Assembly (NCBI GenBank): GCA_050950765.1
Contig: JBMNIF010000002.1
Span: forward strand, 1,024,001-1,088,000
Direction of reading: 5' to 3'
Length of the DNA stretch: 64,000 nt
From: Bdellovibrionota bacterium
GTDB lineage: Bacteria; Bdellovibrionota_C; UBA2361; JAAYZI01
Part shown: positions 29,841 through 41,272 of the stretch, in pieces
Layout of the letters: every line of letters starts with the position of its first letter
Numbering within the stretch: position 1 is the stretch's first letter
The notes under the pieces: model-generated
Databases searched by the model: none
Seen by the model: the letters and a program-made list of their open reading frames with translations, nothing else
What the model was told of the DNA's origin: nothing
Program-made: the position numbers and the translations under genes

Positions 29841-32800
29841 GTGAAAACAACATTTTTCAAAAACTCCCACGTAGTAGTAGCAGTTGTTAGTGAAGATACA
29901 CTTTCTGCTAAGGATGTCGAAAAGCTTGAGTGGTTATGCGAAGCAAAAGTTTTAAAACAATCTGAACTAGGAGGGCGTTACGTTGGACCTAGAAAGGAGA
30001 TGATCTCACCGTGGTCAACTAATGCAACTTCAATTGCTACTAATGTTGGGATCTCGGGTATTGCGCGCATGGAGTGTTTTACAGATGCGGATACTGAAAT
30101 AGATCCGATGTTGCAGGCTTATTATGATGGCTTAAATCAGGAGTCTTTACGGATCACAGCCCAACCAGCTCCCGTACAATACATAGATGATATCGCTGAA
30201 TACAACGAAAAAGAGGGGCTGGCACTTTCACGACATGAGATATCATACCTTAAAAAAGTTGCTGAGGATCTCGGAAGAAAACTCACAGATTGTGAATTGT
30301 ACGGATTTGCACAGATTAATTCAGAGCATTGTCGGCATAAAATTTTTAATGGTTGTTTTATTATTGATAATGAAGAGAAAGGCAAAAGCCTTTTTGCTCT
30401 TATAAAAGATACCAGTAAAGCTGCCGGAAAATACCTTGTTTCGGCGTATAAAGATAATGTGGCGTTTATTAGTGGTCCTCAGATTGAGCAGTTTCATCCT
30501 GATAAGAATAATGTCTTTATATTGACCCCCCTTGAGAGTGTTTTGGCACTAAAAGCGGAAACTCATAATTTCCCAACAACGGTTGAGCCCTTTTATGGTG
30601 CTTCTACGGGGAGTGGAGGTGAGATCAGAGACCGTATGGCAGGTGGTCGAGGCAGCTTGCCGTTAATAGGGTCGGCGATTTATATGACAGCGTATCCGCG
30701 ACTAGAGGGATCTGAAGCAGGTGCCTATGAAAGTTACACCACACCACGAAAGTGGAAGTATCAAACACCGCAACAGATCTTAACAAAAGCTTCTAACGGT
30801 GCTTCCGATTTCGGAAATAAATTCGGGCAGCCCCTTATCGTGGGATCTCTTTTAACTTTTGAAAGTGATACAGAGGTCGGTTTTTACGGTTTTGATCGAA
30901 CAGTAATGTTAGCTGGTGGGGTGGGGTATTCAAAAGCTGAATATGCCTTAAAAGATCAGCCGCAGGTGGGTGATATCGTTATTGTGCTGGGTGGTGATAA
31001 TTATAGGATCGGGATGGCAGGTGGTTCTGTCAGCTCTGTTGATACGGGCGCTTATTCAAGGGAGCTTGAATTAAGTGCTGTACAAAGAGCAAATCCTGAG
31101 ATGCAAAAACGGGTTTATAATGTAATTCGCTCCCTTGTTGAATCAACAGATAATCCGATTAGGATGGTGCACGATCATGGAGCGGGTGGACACATTAATT
31201 GTCTCGGTGAGTTAATAGATCCAGAAGGGGGAGAGATCGCATTAAAGGCTTTGCCGATTGGGGATCCTACTCTGTCCGTTAAAGAGATAGTTTGTAATGA
31301 GTCTCAAGAAAGGATGGGGCTTTTGGCAGCGCCTAAAGATATTCAACGGATAAAAGATCTTTCAGAGAGAGAGCGTGCTCCGTTTTATGCTGTTGGAAAG
31401 ATAACTGGCAAAAAAACTTTTGTCTTTAAAGATGAAAAAGATGAAACCCCCGTTAATCTGCCGTTGAGTGCGCTTTTTGATGAGTCACCTAAAGTTATTA
31501 TGCGTGACAAGACGGTGCCACGCACCTTTTCTGCGCTTGATATTACCATAAAAAACGGTGTTGATTTTAGAAAAGCTCTTGATTTAGTGCTTTCATTAGA
31601 AGGTGTGGCTTGTAAAGATTGGCTTACCAATAAAGTAGACCGTAGCGTAACAGGTCTGATCGCACAGCAACAGTGCGTCGGGGCGTTGCAATTACCGTTA
31701 GCGGACTTCGGAATGGTTGCGCTCGATTATACTGCAAAAAGTGGGATAGCGTTGGCATTGGGGCACGCTCCTGTAGCTGGAATTATTGATGCTAAAGCTG
31801 GATCTGTTTTAAGTGTGGCAGAGGCGTTAACGAACTTGGTGTGGGCACCGTTGGCACACGGCTTAGAAGGTGTGGTTTTAAGTGCTAATTGGATGTGGCC
31901 AGCTAAACAAGTGGGAGAAGATGCTCGCTTATATGAAGCTGTGCAAGCTTTAAGTGAGTTTTGTATCGAATTAGGTATCCCTGTCCCGACTGGAAAAGAT
32001 TCACTCTCGATGACGATGAAATATGAGGATGGCTTGGTGGTTAAAGCACCTGGTACTGTGGCGATCTCAGCTATGGCAGAGTGCGAAGATCTTAGAAAAG
32101 GTGTTACTCCAGATTTAAAAGGGGTCGAAGGATCTGTTTTAATCTATGTTGACCTCTCTGGAATCGATGATGCTCCTTTAGGTGGAAGTAGCTTTGCACA
32201 AACACTCGGCAAGATCGGTGATAAGGCTCCAACGGTTGTTAGTGTCGAAAAATTTAAAGCGGGATTCTCTTACATTCAAGAGCTTATAAAAAATGAGAAG
32301 GTTTTAGCAGGACACGATGTCTCTGCCGGTGGTTTACTTGTGGCTGCTTGTGAGATGGCGTTTACGGGCGATCTCGGATTTAAACTTGTACTTAACGGTT
32401 CTGCTGAAGAGATCGTCAAAGAGGCTTTCTCTGAAAAGCCTGCTGTAATTATGCAAATTGGAAAAGAGAGCGCTGCTGAGGTCTTGGCACGTTTTAGTGC
32501 TCTCGGTATTGCAGCTAAATCGCTAGCTATTGTGGGTGGTGATGAGATCTCTGTTGAGGCTGATAAACTTAGCTTTGATGTATCAGTTGATTCTTTACGG
32601 CGAGTTTGGTTTGCACCCTCTGCACTACTTGAGCAATATCAAACTAGGAAAGATAAAGCAGAAGAACGGTATAAGACGTGTGGCACAACGCCGTTACACT
32701 ATGAATTCCCCAATAAATTTAGTGGCAAGGCGGCTGATTACGGTGTGGATCTATCGCGAATGAGCACAGGACAACTTAAGGCTGCCATCATTCGAGAAGA

Positions 32801-33515
32801 GGGGACTAACGGTGATAGAGAGATGGCATTTTCAATGCACGCTGCTGGATTTTGTGTGAAAGATATTATGATGACGGATCTCCTTAGTGGTCGAGAAGAT
32901 CTATCAGATCTTTCGTTTATCGTATTCCCTGGAGGTTTTACAAATAGCGATGTGCTAGGTGCGGGAAGGGGTTGGGCAGGTGCTTTTAAATTTAATGATA
33001 GAGCTGCTGAAGCGTTACAACGGTTCTATCAAAGAGAGAATACGTTATCTCTCGGTGTTTGTAATGGTTGTCAATTGATGGTTGCACTAGGGGTCTTGTA
33101 TCCCGAACACAAAAAACAGCCGGAGATGAAGCATAATGATTCGCAGAAGTTTGAAACAGGCTTTGTTAATGTTGTTGTTGAAGAATCAAACTCAGTGCTG
33201 CTGGCGGGTTTGCAAGGGGCTAGGTTAGGAGTTTGGGTAGCGCACGGAGAGGGGAAATTCTATCTTCCGGAAGAGGAGTCTGCTTATAATATCCCGTTAA
33301 AATACGCTTATAGTGAGTATCCTGCTAATCCGAACGGTGCTGGTTTTAGAGCGGCTGGTATCTGTTCCTTAGATGGTCGCCATTTAGCGATGATGCCACA
33401 TCTGGAGCGGAGTATTTTGCCGTGGCAGTGGCCGTACCTTACGAAAAATGATTGGGAAATTACACCTTGGATGTTAGCTTTTGTTAATGCCAGAAATTGG
33501 TTGCAGACACGTTAA
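29841..33515 (+). CDS. purL: phosphoribosylformylglycinamidine synthase (large fused type)
   Basis: NSEHCRHKIFN, KAETHNFPT, LGVCNGCQ, MMPHLER. Confidence 0.97.
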   Translation: MKTTFFKNSHVVVAVVSEDTLSAKDVEKLEWLCEAKVLKQSELGGRYVGPRKEMISPWSTNATSIATNVGISGIARMECFTDADTEIDPMLQAYYDGLNQESLRITAQPAPVQYIDDIAEYNEKEGLALSRHEISYLKKVAEDLGRKLTDCELYGFAQINSEHCRHKIFNGCFIIDNEEKGKSLFALIKDTSKAAGKYLVSAYKDNVAFISGPQIEQFHPDKNNVFILTPLESVLALKAETHNFPTTVEPFYGASTGSGGEIRDRMAGGRGSLPLIGSAIYMTAYPRLEGSEAGAYESYTTPRKWKYQTPQQILTKASNGASDFGNKFGQPLIVGSLLTFESDTEVGFYGFDRTVMLAGGVGYSKAEYALKDQPQVGDIVIVLGGDNYRIGMAGGSVSSVDTGAYSRELELSAVQRANPEMQKRVYNVIRSLVESTDNPIRMVHDHGAGGHINCLGELIDPEGGEIALKALPIGDPTLSVKEIVCNESQERMGLLAAPKDIQRIKDLSERERAPFYAVGKITGKKTFVFKDEKDETPVNLPLSALFDESPKVIMRDKTVPRTFSALDITIKNGVDFRKALDLVLSLEGVACKDWLTNKVDRSVTGLIAQQQCVGALQLPLADFGMVALDYTAKSGIALALGHAPVAGIIDAKAGSVLSVAEALTNLVWAPLAHGLEGVVLSANWMWPAKQVGEDARLYEAVQALSEFCIELGIPVPTGKDSLSMTMKYEDGLVVKAPGTVAISAMAECEDLRKGVTPDLKGVEGSVLIYVDLSGIDDAPLGGSSFAQTLGKIGDKAPTVVSVEKFKAGFSYIQELIKNEKVLAGHDVSAGGLLVAACEMAFTGDLGFKLVLNGSAEEIVKEAFSEKPAVIMQIGKESAAEVLARFSALGIAAKSLAIVGGDEISVEADKLSFDVSVDSLRRVWFAPSALLEQYQTRKDKAEERYKTCGTTPLHYEFPNKFSGKAADYGVDLSRMSTGQLKAAIIREEGTNGDREMAFSMHAAGFCVKDIMMTDLLSGREDLSDLSFIVFPGGFTNSDVLGAGRGWAGAFKFNDRAAEALQRFYQRENTLSLGVCNGCQLMVALGVLYPEHKKQPEMKHNDSQKFETGFVNVVVEESNSVLLAGLQGARLGVWVAHGEGKFYLPEEESAYNIPLKYAYSEYPANPNGAGFRAAGICSLDGRHLAMMPHLERSILPWQWPYLTKNDWEITPWMLAFVNARNWLQTR

Positions 33516-33586
33516 AGAGATCTCCGTTTCGTGTTTGTTGTCTTTAAATTATATGTACTTTCTTTTTACTCCTTTGTGGTGGTCTT

Positions 33587-35974
33587 ATGAAAAGATTACA
33601 ACTTCTTTTTTGTTTTGTTTTTCTCTTTCCGTCTCTACTTTTAGCGCAAGGTTTGGAAGAGGGCGTTGTAGCTACGCCAACAGTAGAGCCTCAAGTTGTC
33701 TCTAATGCTTCAGAGCTGGCACCGAAATTAAGTGAGTTGACTGATGAGTTCAACGCTTTAACGACGGAGCTCCTGACCTACAAAACTTTTTTAACTGAAT
33801 CGCAAGATAAATTTTTAAAACATAAAGAACATTTTAAAGCCTTAGTCGATCTATATCAGGAAACCTCTAATTTAAAATACATCAACATAGATCGGATTAG
33901 TGAAATAAATGCTAAATTGAAAGATCTTTCGGTGCGATCTGAACAGCAGATAGAGGAATTTACGACTATCATTACTAAATTAGCCACAACTCGAGATAAA
34001 TGGCAGGAAAACGGGGAGAATTGGCAACGTTGGAAGATGGAATTTAAAGCCGATTATAGTGTGGTTAAACAGACTTTTGATACCGTAGATAAACAGGTTA
34101 CGGAAGCGATTTCTGAAATAACAAAGATTGAAAAACCGCTCCTGCAAAAACAATCTGAATTGGTGGCTTTTCAATCAAAGATTAAAGACCTCTTAAAAAA
34201 GATCGCTGTTTTTTTATCAACATATAAAAAAGATATTCTTACTAAAACAGGCGCGTCTTTTTTTAGTTTTGATTTCTGGAAAAACTTTAATTCTGAACTT
34301 TGGCAGGAGAGTACCGATGCTTTTGTCTTGTTAGTGCCGCTAAAAGATAGCATAACGTCAAAACATACTTTAATGTTTGTCTTGCACCTCTTTTTAATAC
34401 TACTCATCTTTTTAACGTTAAAGTACTTACAAAATAAGAGATTAAAGACGGAGAGAGCTAACTTAGGAAAGCTTTTTTCGGTACCCATCTCTACCTCTGT
34501 TTTTGTTAGCACTATCCTAGTTGGTCCTTATTACGGCTTAGACTTACCACCGTTGTTTAAGATCGTATTACTGATTGCTGCTTCAATTTGTGGAGCGCGC
34601 TTAGTTACCGCCTTTATGCAGGTTAAAGAACGCAAAGTTTTTATCGATATTCTGGTAGTAACGTTCGTAATCTCTCAGCTCTGTGTAATTATCAACATCC
34701 CTGAGCCGCTGGTGCGAGTATATATTGCGCTAATTTCACTCTTTATTTTAACCGTTCTAGTGGCTCGCTTACGAGTTCTTGCTAAAGAAGGGGGCGCTTT
34801 CTGGGGGATGGCTTTCATCTCTCTGATGATAGTGCTGATGATAGCAACTCTTACCTCTGAAGCTTTCGGTTATACGCAACTCGCTTCAAAAATTTTCGAT
34901 TCCTCCGTGCGCAGTATCTTTAGTTGCGTTTTAGCTTGGCTACTGGGGGTGCTTATCAAAGAGGGGCTCTTCGTTTTTCTCTCTTATTCGATCTTTGCGC
35001 ACGTTATGATCTGTCGGAAATATTCCAAACATATCTTAAGTAAATTTAATTTATGGATAGATGTTTTCATCTCTTTTATGGCGATTGCTGTCATTCTATT
35101 GGGGTGGAAACTTTTCGATTCGTTAGAAGAAACCGTCTCATATCTATTAAATCTTGCCGTTACGATTAGTGGAGTTCAATTCTCCGTCGGACGAGTGCTC
35201 TTTGCGGTATTCTTATTTGATATGATTATCTTCGGTTCGTGGTTTTTGAGGAAGACCTTAAACGAAGAGGTCTATCCGAAAAAAAACGTACAGATCGGGG
35301 TGCGTGTTTCTATCAATAGAATTATTCAGTACTCCTGCATCTGTCTAGGTGTTGTACTAGGTCTCTCAATTCTCGGTTTTAATTTAAAAAACTTGGCTGT
35401 GGCTTTCGGTGTGCTCGGTGTTGGAATCGGATTCGGATTGCAGAACATAGTTAATAATTTTGCCAGCGGAGTGATCCTTCTTTTTGAGCGTCCTATTAAG
35501 GTTGGTGATGTAGTTGAGGTGGGTGGTTATAAAGGTGAGGTAAAAAAGATAGGCTTAAGAGCTACTATTGTAGAGACGTATGAAAAAGCTGAAGTGATAG
35601 TGCCTAATAGTGATATCGCCTCTTCTAAAGTTGTAAATTGGACGTTGTCCACTCGCAAGGTGCGAACCGTGATTAATGTTGGAGTCTCTTATGATTCTGA
35701 TGTGGAGGAGGTTTCACGCTTATTGTGTGAGATCGCACAAAAGCAACCTGCAGTTGCCACAGATCCGGAGCCTGCCGCTTTCTTCATCTCCTTTGGAGAG
35801 GGCTCCTTAAATTTTGAGCTCCGTTTTTGGTCAAGTATTGATGATGCCTTCGGTTTGCGTAATATAATTAACCGCGAGATCACTAAAACATTTAAGGAAG
35901 CTAAGATTGAGATACCTTTTCCGAAACGTGATGTTAATATTGCGGGGCTACAAGAGTTTTTAAATAAAAAGTAG
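33587..35974 (+). CDS. MscS/MscK-like mechanosensitive channel
   Basis: Signal peptide, coiled coil, many TM segments, GVGIGFGLQNIVNNFASG. Confidence 0.92.
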   Translation: MKRLQLLFCFVFLFPSLLLAQGLEEGVVATPTVEPQVVSNASELAPKLSELTDEFNALTTELLTYKTFLTESQDKFLKHKEHFKALVDLYQETSNLKYINIDRISEINAKLKDLSVRSEQQIEEFTTIITKLATTRDKWQENGENWQRWKMEFKADYSVVKQTFDTVDKQVTEAISEITKIEKPLLQKQSELVAFQSKIKDLLKKIAVFLSTYKKDILTKTGASFFSFDFWKNFNSELWQESTDAFVLLVPLKDSITSKHTLMFVLHLFLILLIFLTLKYLQNKRLKTERANLGKLFSVPISTSVFVSTILVGPYYGLDLPPLFKIVLLIAASICGARLVTAFMQVKERKVFIDILVVTFVISQLCVIINIPEPLVRVYIALISLFILTVLVARLRVLAKEGGAFWGMAFISLMIVLMIATLTSEAFGYTQLASKIFDSSVRSIFSCVLAWLLGVLIKEGLFVFLSYSIFAHVMICRKYSKHILSKFNLWIDVFISFMAIAVILLGWKLFDSLEETVSYLLNLAVTISGVQFSVGRVLFAVFLFDMIIFGSWFLRKTLNEEVYPKKNVQIGVRVSINRIIQYSCICLGVVLGLSILGFNLKNLAVAFGVLGVGIGFGLQNIVNNFASGVILLFERPIKVGDVVEVGGYKGEVKKIGLRATIVETYEKAEVIVPNSDIASSKVVNWTLSTRKVRTVINVGVSYDSDVEEVSRLLCEIAQKQPAVATDPEPAAFFISFGEGSLNFELRFWSSIDDAFGLRNIINREITKTFKEAKIEIPFPKRDVNIAGLQEFLNKK

Positions 35975-36089
35975 CAGGTACAGATGGTAAACTTAAAAAA
36001 ATATTGTGATCTATAAATGGTTGGATTACTGTCTTTCTGATAAATGCGTTGCTAGTAGATCGTTTTTAACGGTGCTTTAGCAGATATAA

Positions 36090-37442
<1,353 letters not shown>

Positions 37443-37457
37443 TTTCTTACATTAAAT

Positions 37458-37499
37458 AAAGCGGGTTCGTGTAAAATAAAAGATACGGATCCGCTTTTT
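37458..37499 (+). terminator. intrinsic terminator after gdhA
   Basis: Stem AAAGCGGGTTCGTGT/ATACGGATCCGCTTT followed by a T-run. Confidence 0.75.
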
Positions 37500-37599
37500 A
37501 TATATTGTTGCCGTGTTATTGCCGAATAAAATCAAAAACCAGTTGCATAAAATTACTTTTTCCTTCGTAACAAAAGTGTAGATCCACTTCTAAACATTA

Positions 37600-38163
37600 C
37601 TACCGAATAAAATCAAAAACCAGTTGCATTAGGTTAACTTTTCTTTTCTGCTTCCGTTTTGTGTTGTGTTGTTTAAGTAGAAAAACTTGATCTGAATATA
37701 CTCCTTCTCGTTTTAGGCGGAGACGTGCTTGAACCTGTCTAGATCTGTCGCTACGCACAGCGCTTCTCCACCCCCCTTTTTTTATCCACTCTTTTAAGTA
37801 CGGTGTTTGCGGATGTCTCTCTTCCAACTCTTTAAATTCACGACCGTGATATCTGGAAACAGATCTACCTAAGTAGGCGTGACACATCTCATGATAAAGG
37901 AGTGGAGGAAGTAGGTGTTGCAGAGCGGGAGTATTCAGCTCTTTTGCAACCCTGACCTTATTTCGATTAAGGCTACATGAAGCTAGTGTTCGCTTTTGGT
38001 CTCTAGTGCTCCAAACGATCTGATATCCATCAATATCGCTTCTTTCGGGGAAATATTCTTTACGGAGTGTAAGCCAAAGATCGTATAGTAAAGGATCACT
38101 ATTTTTTGCTGCAGTAGATTGAGAGCCGTATGAGTTTGAGGAATTTTTAATTGTATTGACCAT
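37600..38163 (-). CDS. SprT-like zinc metalloprotease domain protein
   Basis: LYHEMCH (HExxH) followed by HGREFK. Confidence 0.8.
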   Translation of the reverse strand: MVNTIKNSSNSYGSQSTAAKNSDPLLYDLWLTLRKEYFPERSDIDGYQIVWSTRDQKRTLASCSLNRNKVRVAKELNTPALQHLLPPLLYHEMCHAYLGRSVSRYHGREFKELEERHPQTPYLKEWIKKGGWRSAVRSDRSRQVQARLRLKREGVYSDQVFLLKQHNTKRKQKRKVNLMQLVFDFIR

Positions 38164-38302
38164 ATTCTTAAGGAGAATAACTGATCTCTTGCAAAGTCGC
38201 TATCTGAAAGTATGTAGTTAACGGTGAGAAAAAATTATTTTTTTGAATTGATTGACTTTTTTATCGGCTTTTATTAGATAGTGCCAATGGTTAAACCGCT
38301 CT

Positions 38303-38378
38303 GCGGGTGTAGCTCAGTTGGTAGAGCGCTTGCTTGCCAAGCAAGAGGTCACGGGTTCGAATCCCGTTACCCGCTCCA
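38303..38378 (+). tRNA. tRNA-Gly(GCC)
   Basis: Cloverleaf, loop TTGCCAA, 3' TCCA. Confidence 0.96.
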
Positions 38379-38427
38379 TTTTTTTGGGTGTGGTGTTTTA
38401 ACTTCTTCTTCGTATCCGTCAAAACGT

Positions 38428-38503
38428 GCGGGTGTAGCTCAGTTGGTAGAGCACTTGCTTCCCAAGCAAGGGGTCTCGGGTTCGAATCCCGTTACCCGCT
38501 CCA
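38428..38503 (+). tRNA. tRNA-Gly(CCC)
   Basis: Cloverleaf, loop TTCCCAA, 3' TCCA. Confidence 0.94.
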
Positions 38504-38553
38504 AGTTTTCCTTTTATCTATTTTAATATTCAAACTCGTTGTAGTGCGTGGGG

Positions 38554-39714
38554 CTACTTGTAATTTAAATTCTTGGCTGGACTCTGTTCGATGGTGTAAC
38601 GACGTTTATCGTATATTTCTACCATCTGAATGCTGGAGTGGCGTGAAAACTCCTGAACTTCACGGTGACCAATTCCATCTGATAAAAGTTTGGTTATAGC
38701 TGTGGCACGGGCGGAGTGTGGTGTAATAAACATACCCGCTCCTGCTTTGATGCAGTATTTTTTAAAAACTTTATAAAGCCCGTTAGGTGTAAGTTGATTT
38801 TTATCTCCACGTTTTGTGGTACGACCGCGATAACTGATAAATAACGGGTCTGCTGCTTCAGCACCCTCTGCTAGCCGTTGTTCAAGTAGGGCAAAGAGCG
38901 CCTCTGCTGCCCAGTCAGGGATAGTTTGGTCAGCGTCTTTTCTATTTTTTGTTGCTCTGAGACGTAGATAAGTAGTGCCACTCGGTGACTTGCAGATGTC
39001 ACAAAGCTTAAGTGCTGTAACTTCACTTCTACGTAATCCGCCACCAAATAAAAGAGATAAGGCAGCTTTATCTCTAATGCCCTTAGGGGTGTTTAGATCG
39101 GGTTGGTCTAACACGGTCTCCACTAATGAAAAATCTAACATCTCAGTAGGTCGCTTTTGCCCAGATTTAGCAGATGGTGCAGGAACTCTATCTGAATCAA
39201 AAGGATTTATTCTTATCCCTAGTTCTGCTGCAATTAACATCCTGTAAAGGCGGCGTAGAACAGTAAACTTTTTGGCGATAGTGGCGTTTGCTTGTGTTGA
39301 TTGTAGACCATCACGACGTTGCTTAACCTCTTTTATAAGTTGAAGTGCTTTATCTTTGCTTTGAGAGGCGTGATGGCGTGGGCTCTGTCCAGGTTGACGC
39401 TCTAGCCATTTTCTATAAGCCATAGCGTGTAGATCTGAAGCGTTTAAAAAGGCTGTGGCGGCGGCGTTACTCCCAGCAGGTGCGCCAAGAAACTCACACC
39501 ACTCCTTAATGATTCCGATATAAGTGCGTTGAGTGTTTTTTGATTTTAGATCTAAAAAAGCATTGATGCGGATCCAGACAGGGCTAATATCAGAATCGTT
39601 ACTTGAAAGGTGCTCTATGGGGAGTAAGAGAGCTCTATCCGAGTCCTTCTCTTTTGATGAAGACTTGGTGAAGTTGCTTAATGCTTCAGTGTGTAATGAA
39701 TCCCGCATTTTCAT
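38554..39714 (-). CDS. tyrosine recombinase/integrase (XerC/D-like)
   Basis: Catalytic set R (GLRRSE), K (ATKN), HSAR, H (SRHSS) and Y (EIYD). ATG at 39714 avoids an overlap with coaE. Confidence 0.9.
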   Translation of the reverse strand: MKMRDSLHTEALSNFTKSSSKEKDSDRALLLPIEHLSSNDSDISPVWIRINAFLDLKSKNTQRTYIGIIKEWCEFLGAPAGSNAAATAFLNASDLHAMAYRKWLERQPGQSPRHHASQSKDKALQLIKEVKQRRDGLQSTQANATIAKKFTVLRRLYRMLIAAELGIRINPFDSDRVPAPSAKSGQKRPTEMLDFSLVETVLDQPDLNTPKGIRDKAALSLLFGGGLRRSEVTALKLCDICKSPSGTTYLRLRATKNRKDADQTIPDWAAEALFALLEQRLAEGAEAADPLFISYRGRTTKRGDKNQLTPNGLYKVFKKYCIKAGAGMFITPHSARATAITKLLSDGIGHREVQEFSRHSSIQMVEIYDKRRYTIEQSPAKNLNYK

Positions 39715-39754
39715 GGAGATAATTGTAAGAGTGTTGTCGCTCTTGAACAAGTAA

Positions 39755-40357
39755 CTAATTTTTAATCTCAAAAAACACTTCAGACACCCTTTTGCGTAGA
39801 TCCTCAAGCGAGCCGTTATTTTCAATAACGATATCGGCTAGAGCTTCTTTTTCAGAAGAGGGTAGTTGTGAATTAAAACGTGCTAACGCCTCTTCTTGTG
39901 TAGATTTATCACGTTCCTGTATCCGTTTAAGGCAAACTTCTTTTGTTGCTGTAACTACAATAATCTTATCAAAATCTTTTTTTGAATAGCCGACTTCAAA
40001 TAAGAGCGGTGCTACGTAAATTATCGGAACTTTTTTGGAATGAGCTTGAGGAAACGTTGCTAATAATTTTTCCTGATAAAGTCGAGATATTTCAGGGTGA
40101 ATGATGCTCTCAAACCGTTTTAAAAGTAGAGGATCGTTAAAAACTTTTTGAGCAACCGCTTTTCTGTTTAATAATCCTTCAGCATCAAAGACCTCATTAC
40201 CCAGTAAAGCTTTAAGGTCTGGTAAGATTGGGGAGGCGGGGGCTACTGCATCTCTGGCAAGTAGGTCTGCATCTATAATTATACACCCTAAGCTCTCCAA
40301 AATACGAGCGACTACTGATTTTCCCGAACCGATGGTTCCTGTTAGTCCGATTAACAT
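39755..40357 (-). CDS. coaE: dephospho-CoA kinase
   Basis: IGLTGTIGSGKS, IDAD, IIHP, PLLFE, ADIVIENNG. Confidence 0.96.
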   Translation of the reverse strand: MLIGLTGTIGSGKSVVARILESLGCIIIDADLLARDAVAPASPILPDLKALLGNEVFDAEGLLNRKAVAQKVFNDPLLLKRFESIIHPEISRLYQEKLLATFPQAHSKKVPIIYVAPLLFEVGYSKKDFDKIIVVTATKEVCLKRIQERDKSTQEEALARFNSQLPSSEKEALADIVIENNGSLEDLRKRVSEVFFEIKN

Positions 40358-40491
40358 TTTTTTTCTCCAGCTATAAGTGTATACTTAGTAGATAGTTTTT
40401 TATAGATATCTGTTACATATAAAAATATTTCATTATTATCTAATTTTGTTTAAAGTGCTAAAGATATCGTAATACATTATGGAGTCTAATC

Positions 40492-41082
40492 ATGGAAGAA
40501 GATCCTAAAAAAAACGGAGATAAGGTTGAAAAGGCAACAGCCGTGCAGGTAGAGAGTGCAGCACCGGCTAAATCAGTACAACAAAAGGTCACGACGAATG
40601 ATAGTAAGCCGCAAAAAGAAGATAGTGAGCCGCTTGTAGATAAAAAAGAGACACCCCCTGTTGCTGATAGTGCAAAGAGTGAGGCTAGTGCCGCTGCGAA
40701 TTCCTCTCAAAAGCGGGCAAAAACGGTGAGTCAGCCCAAAGAGGTTGCAAAAAAGGGTACTAATAGTGTTACTCGTCTTTTACAGGATGCCGTTTCAAAA
40801 AACGGAACGCGAGATAATCTTAGGTTAAAAACTCATTTAACGGGGCGTATTCAGTTGATTGTTTCAGGTGTCGGGAGTTATCTCTTTGATTGGAGAGGAG
40901 ATGATATGGTGCTAACTGAAGCTCAAGATAGTAGTGCGGATTGCACTATTGAGATGAGTGAAGCGGATCTCTTGGCTGCCGCTAACGGAGACTTGAATAT
41001 CCAAATTGCGATGTTGTCGGATAAGGTTAAGCTCTCTGGACAAACAGGAATGGCATTATATCTATTTAATATATTTAGTTAA
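40492..41082 (+). CDS. SCP2 sterol/lipid-binding domain protein with disordered N-terminus
   Basis: C-terminal ADCTIEMSEADLLAAANGDLNIQIAMLSDKVKLSG fits the SCP2 fold pattern. Confidence 0.75.
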   Translation: MEEDPKKNGDKVEKATAVQVESAAPAKSVQQKVTTNDSKPQKEDSEPLVDKKETPPVADSAKSEASAAANSSQKRAKTVSQPKEVAKKGTNSVTRLLQDAVSKNGTRDNLRLKTHLTGRIQLIVSGVGSYLFDWRGDDMVLTEAQDSSADCTIEMSEADLLAAANGDLNIQIAMLSDKVKLSGQTGMALYLFNIFS

Positions 41083-41243
41083 TTTTAGCAGAAATGGTTT
41101 TGAGTGAGCTTCCTGCATAATATTTTTTAAAAACGCACAAAAAAGGGTGGCTTTTAAGTAAAATCAGCAAGTTATTTTACGTTTTTGCTAAAGATAAAAT
41201 ATAGAGAAGTAGCTAAAGGCGACCATTCTTTAGTATCTTGCTA

Positions 41244-41272
41244 TTGAAGAAAATAAGTCTAAATGCTAAAGT
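41244..41272 (+). promoter_or_regulatory. putative sigma70 promoter of the rimP operon
   Basis: TTGAAG-N17-TAAAGT with extended -10 TG. Confidence 0.5.

Noticed and set aside
38281..38699. ORFs 38281-38526 and 38334-38699
   Set aside because: They are translations of the two tRNA-Gly genes.
39715..39825. N-terminal extension of the recombinase in the ORF track
   Set aside because: It overlaps coaE in another frame; the ATG at 39714 is more plausible.
38303..40357. Prophage or genomic island at tRNA-Gly
   Set aside because: No cargo genes and no distal tRNA-Gly att copy seen; the recombinase abuts housekeeping coaE.
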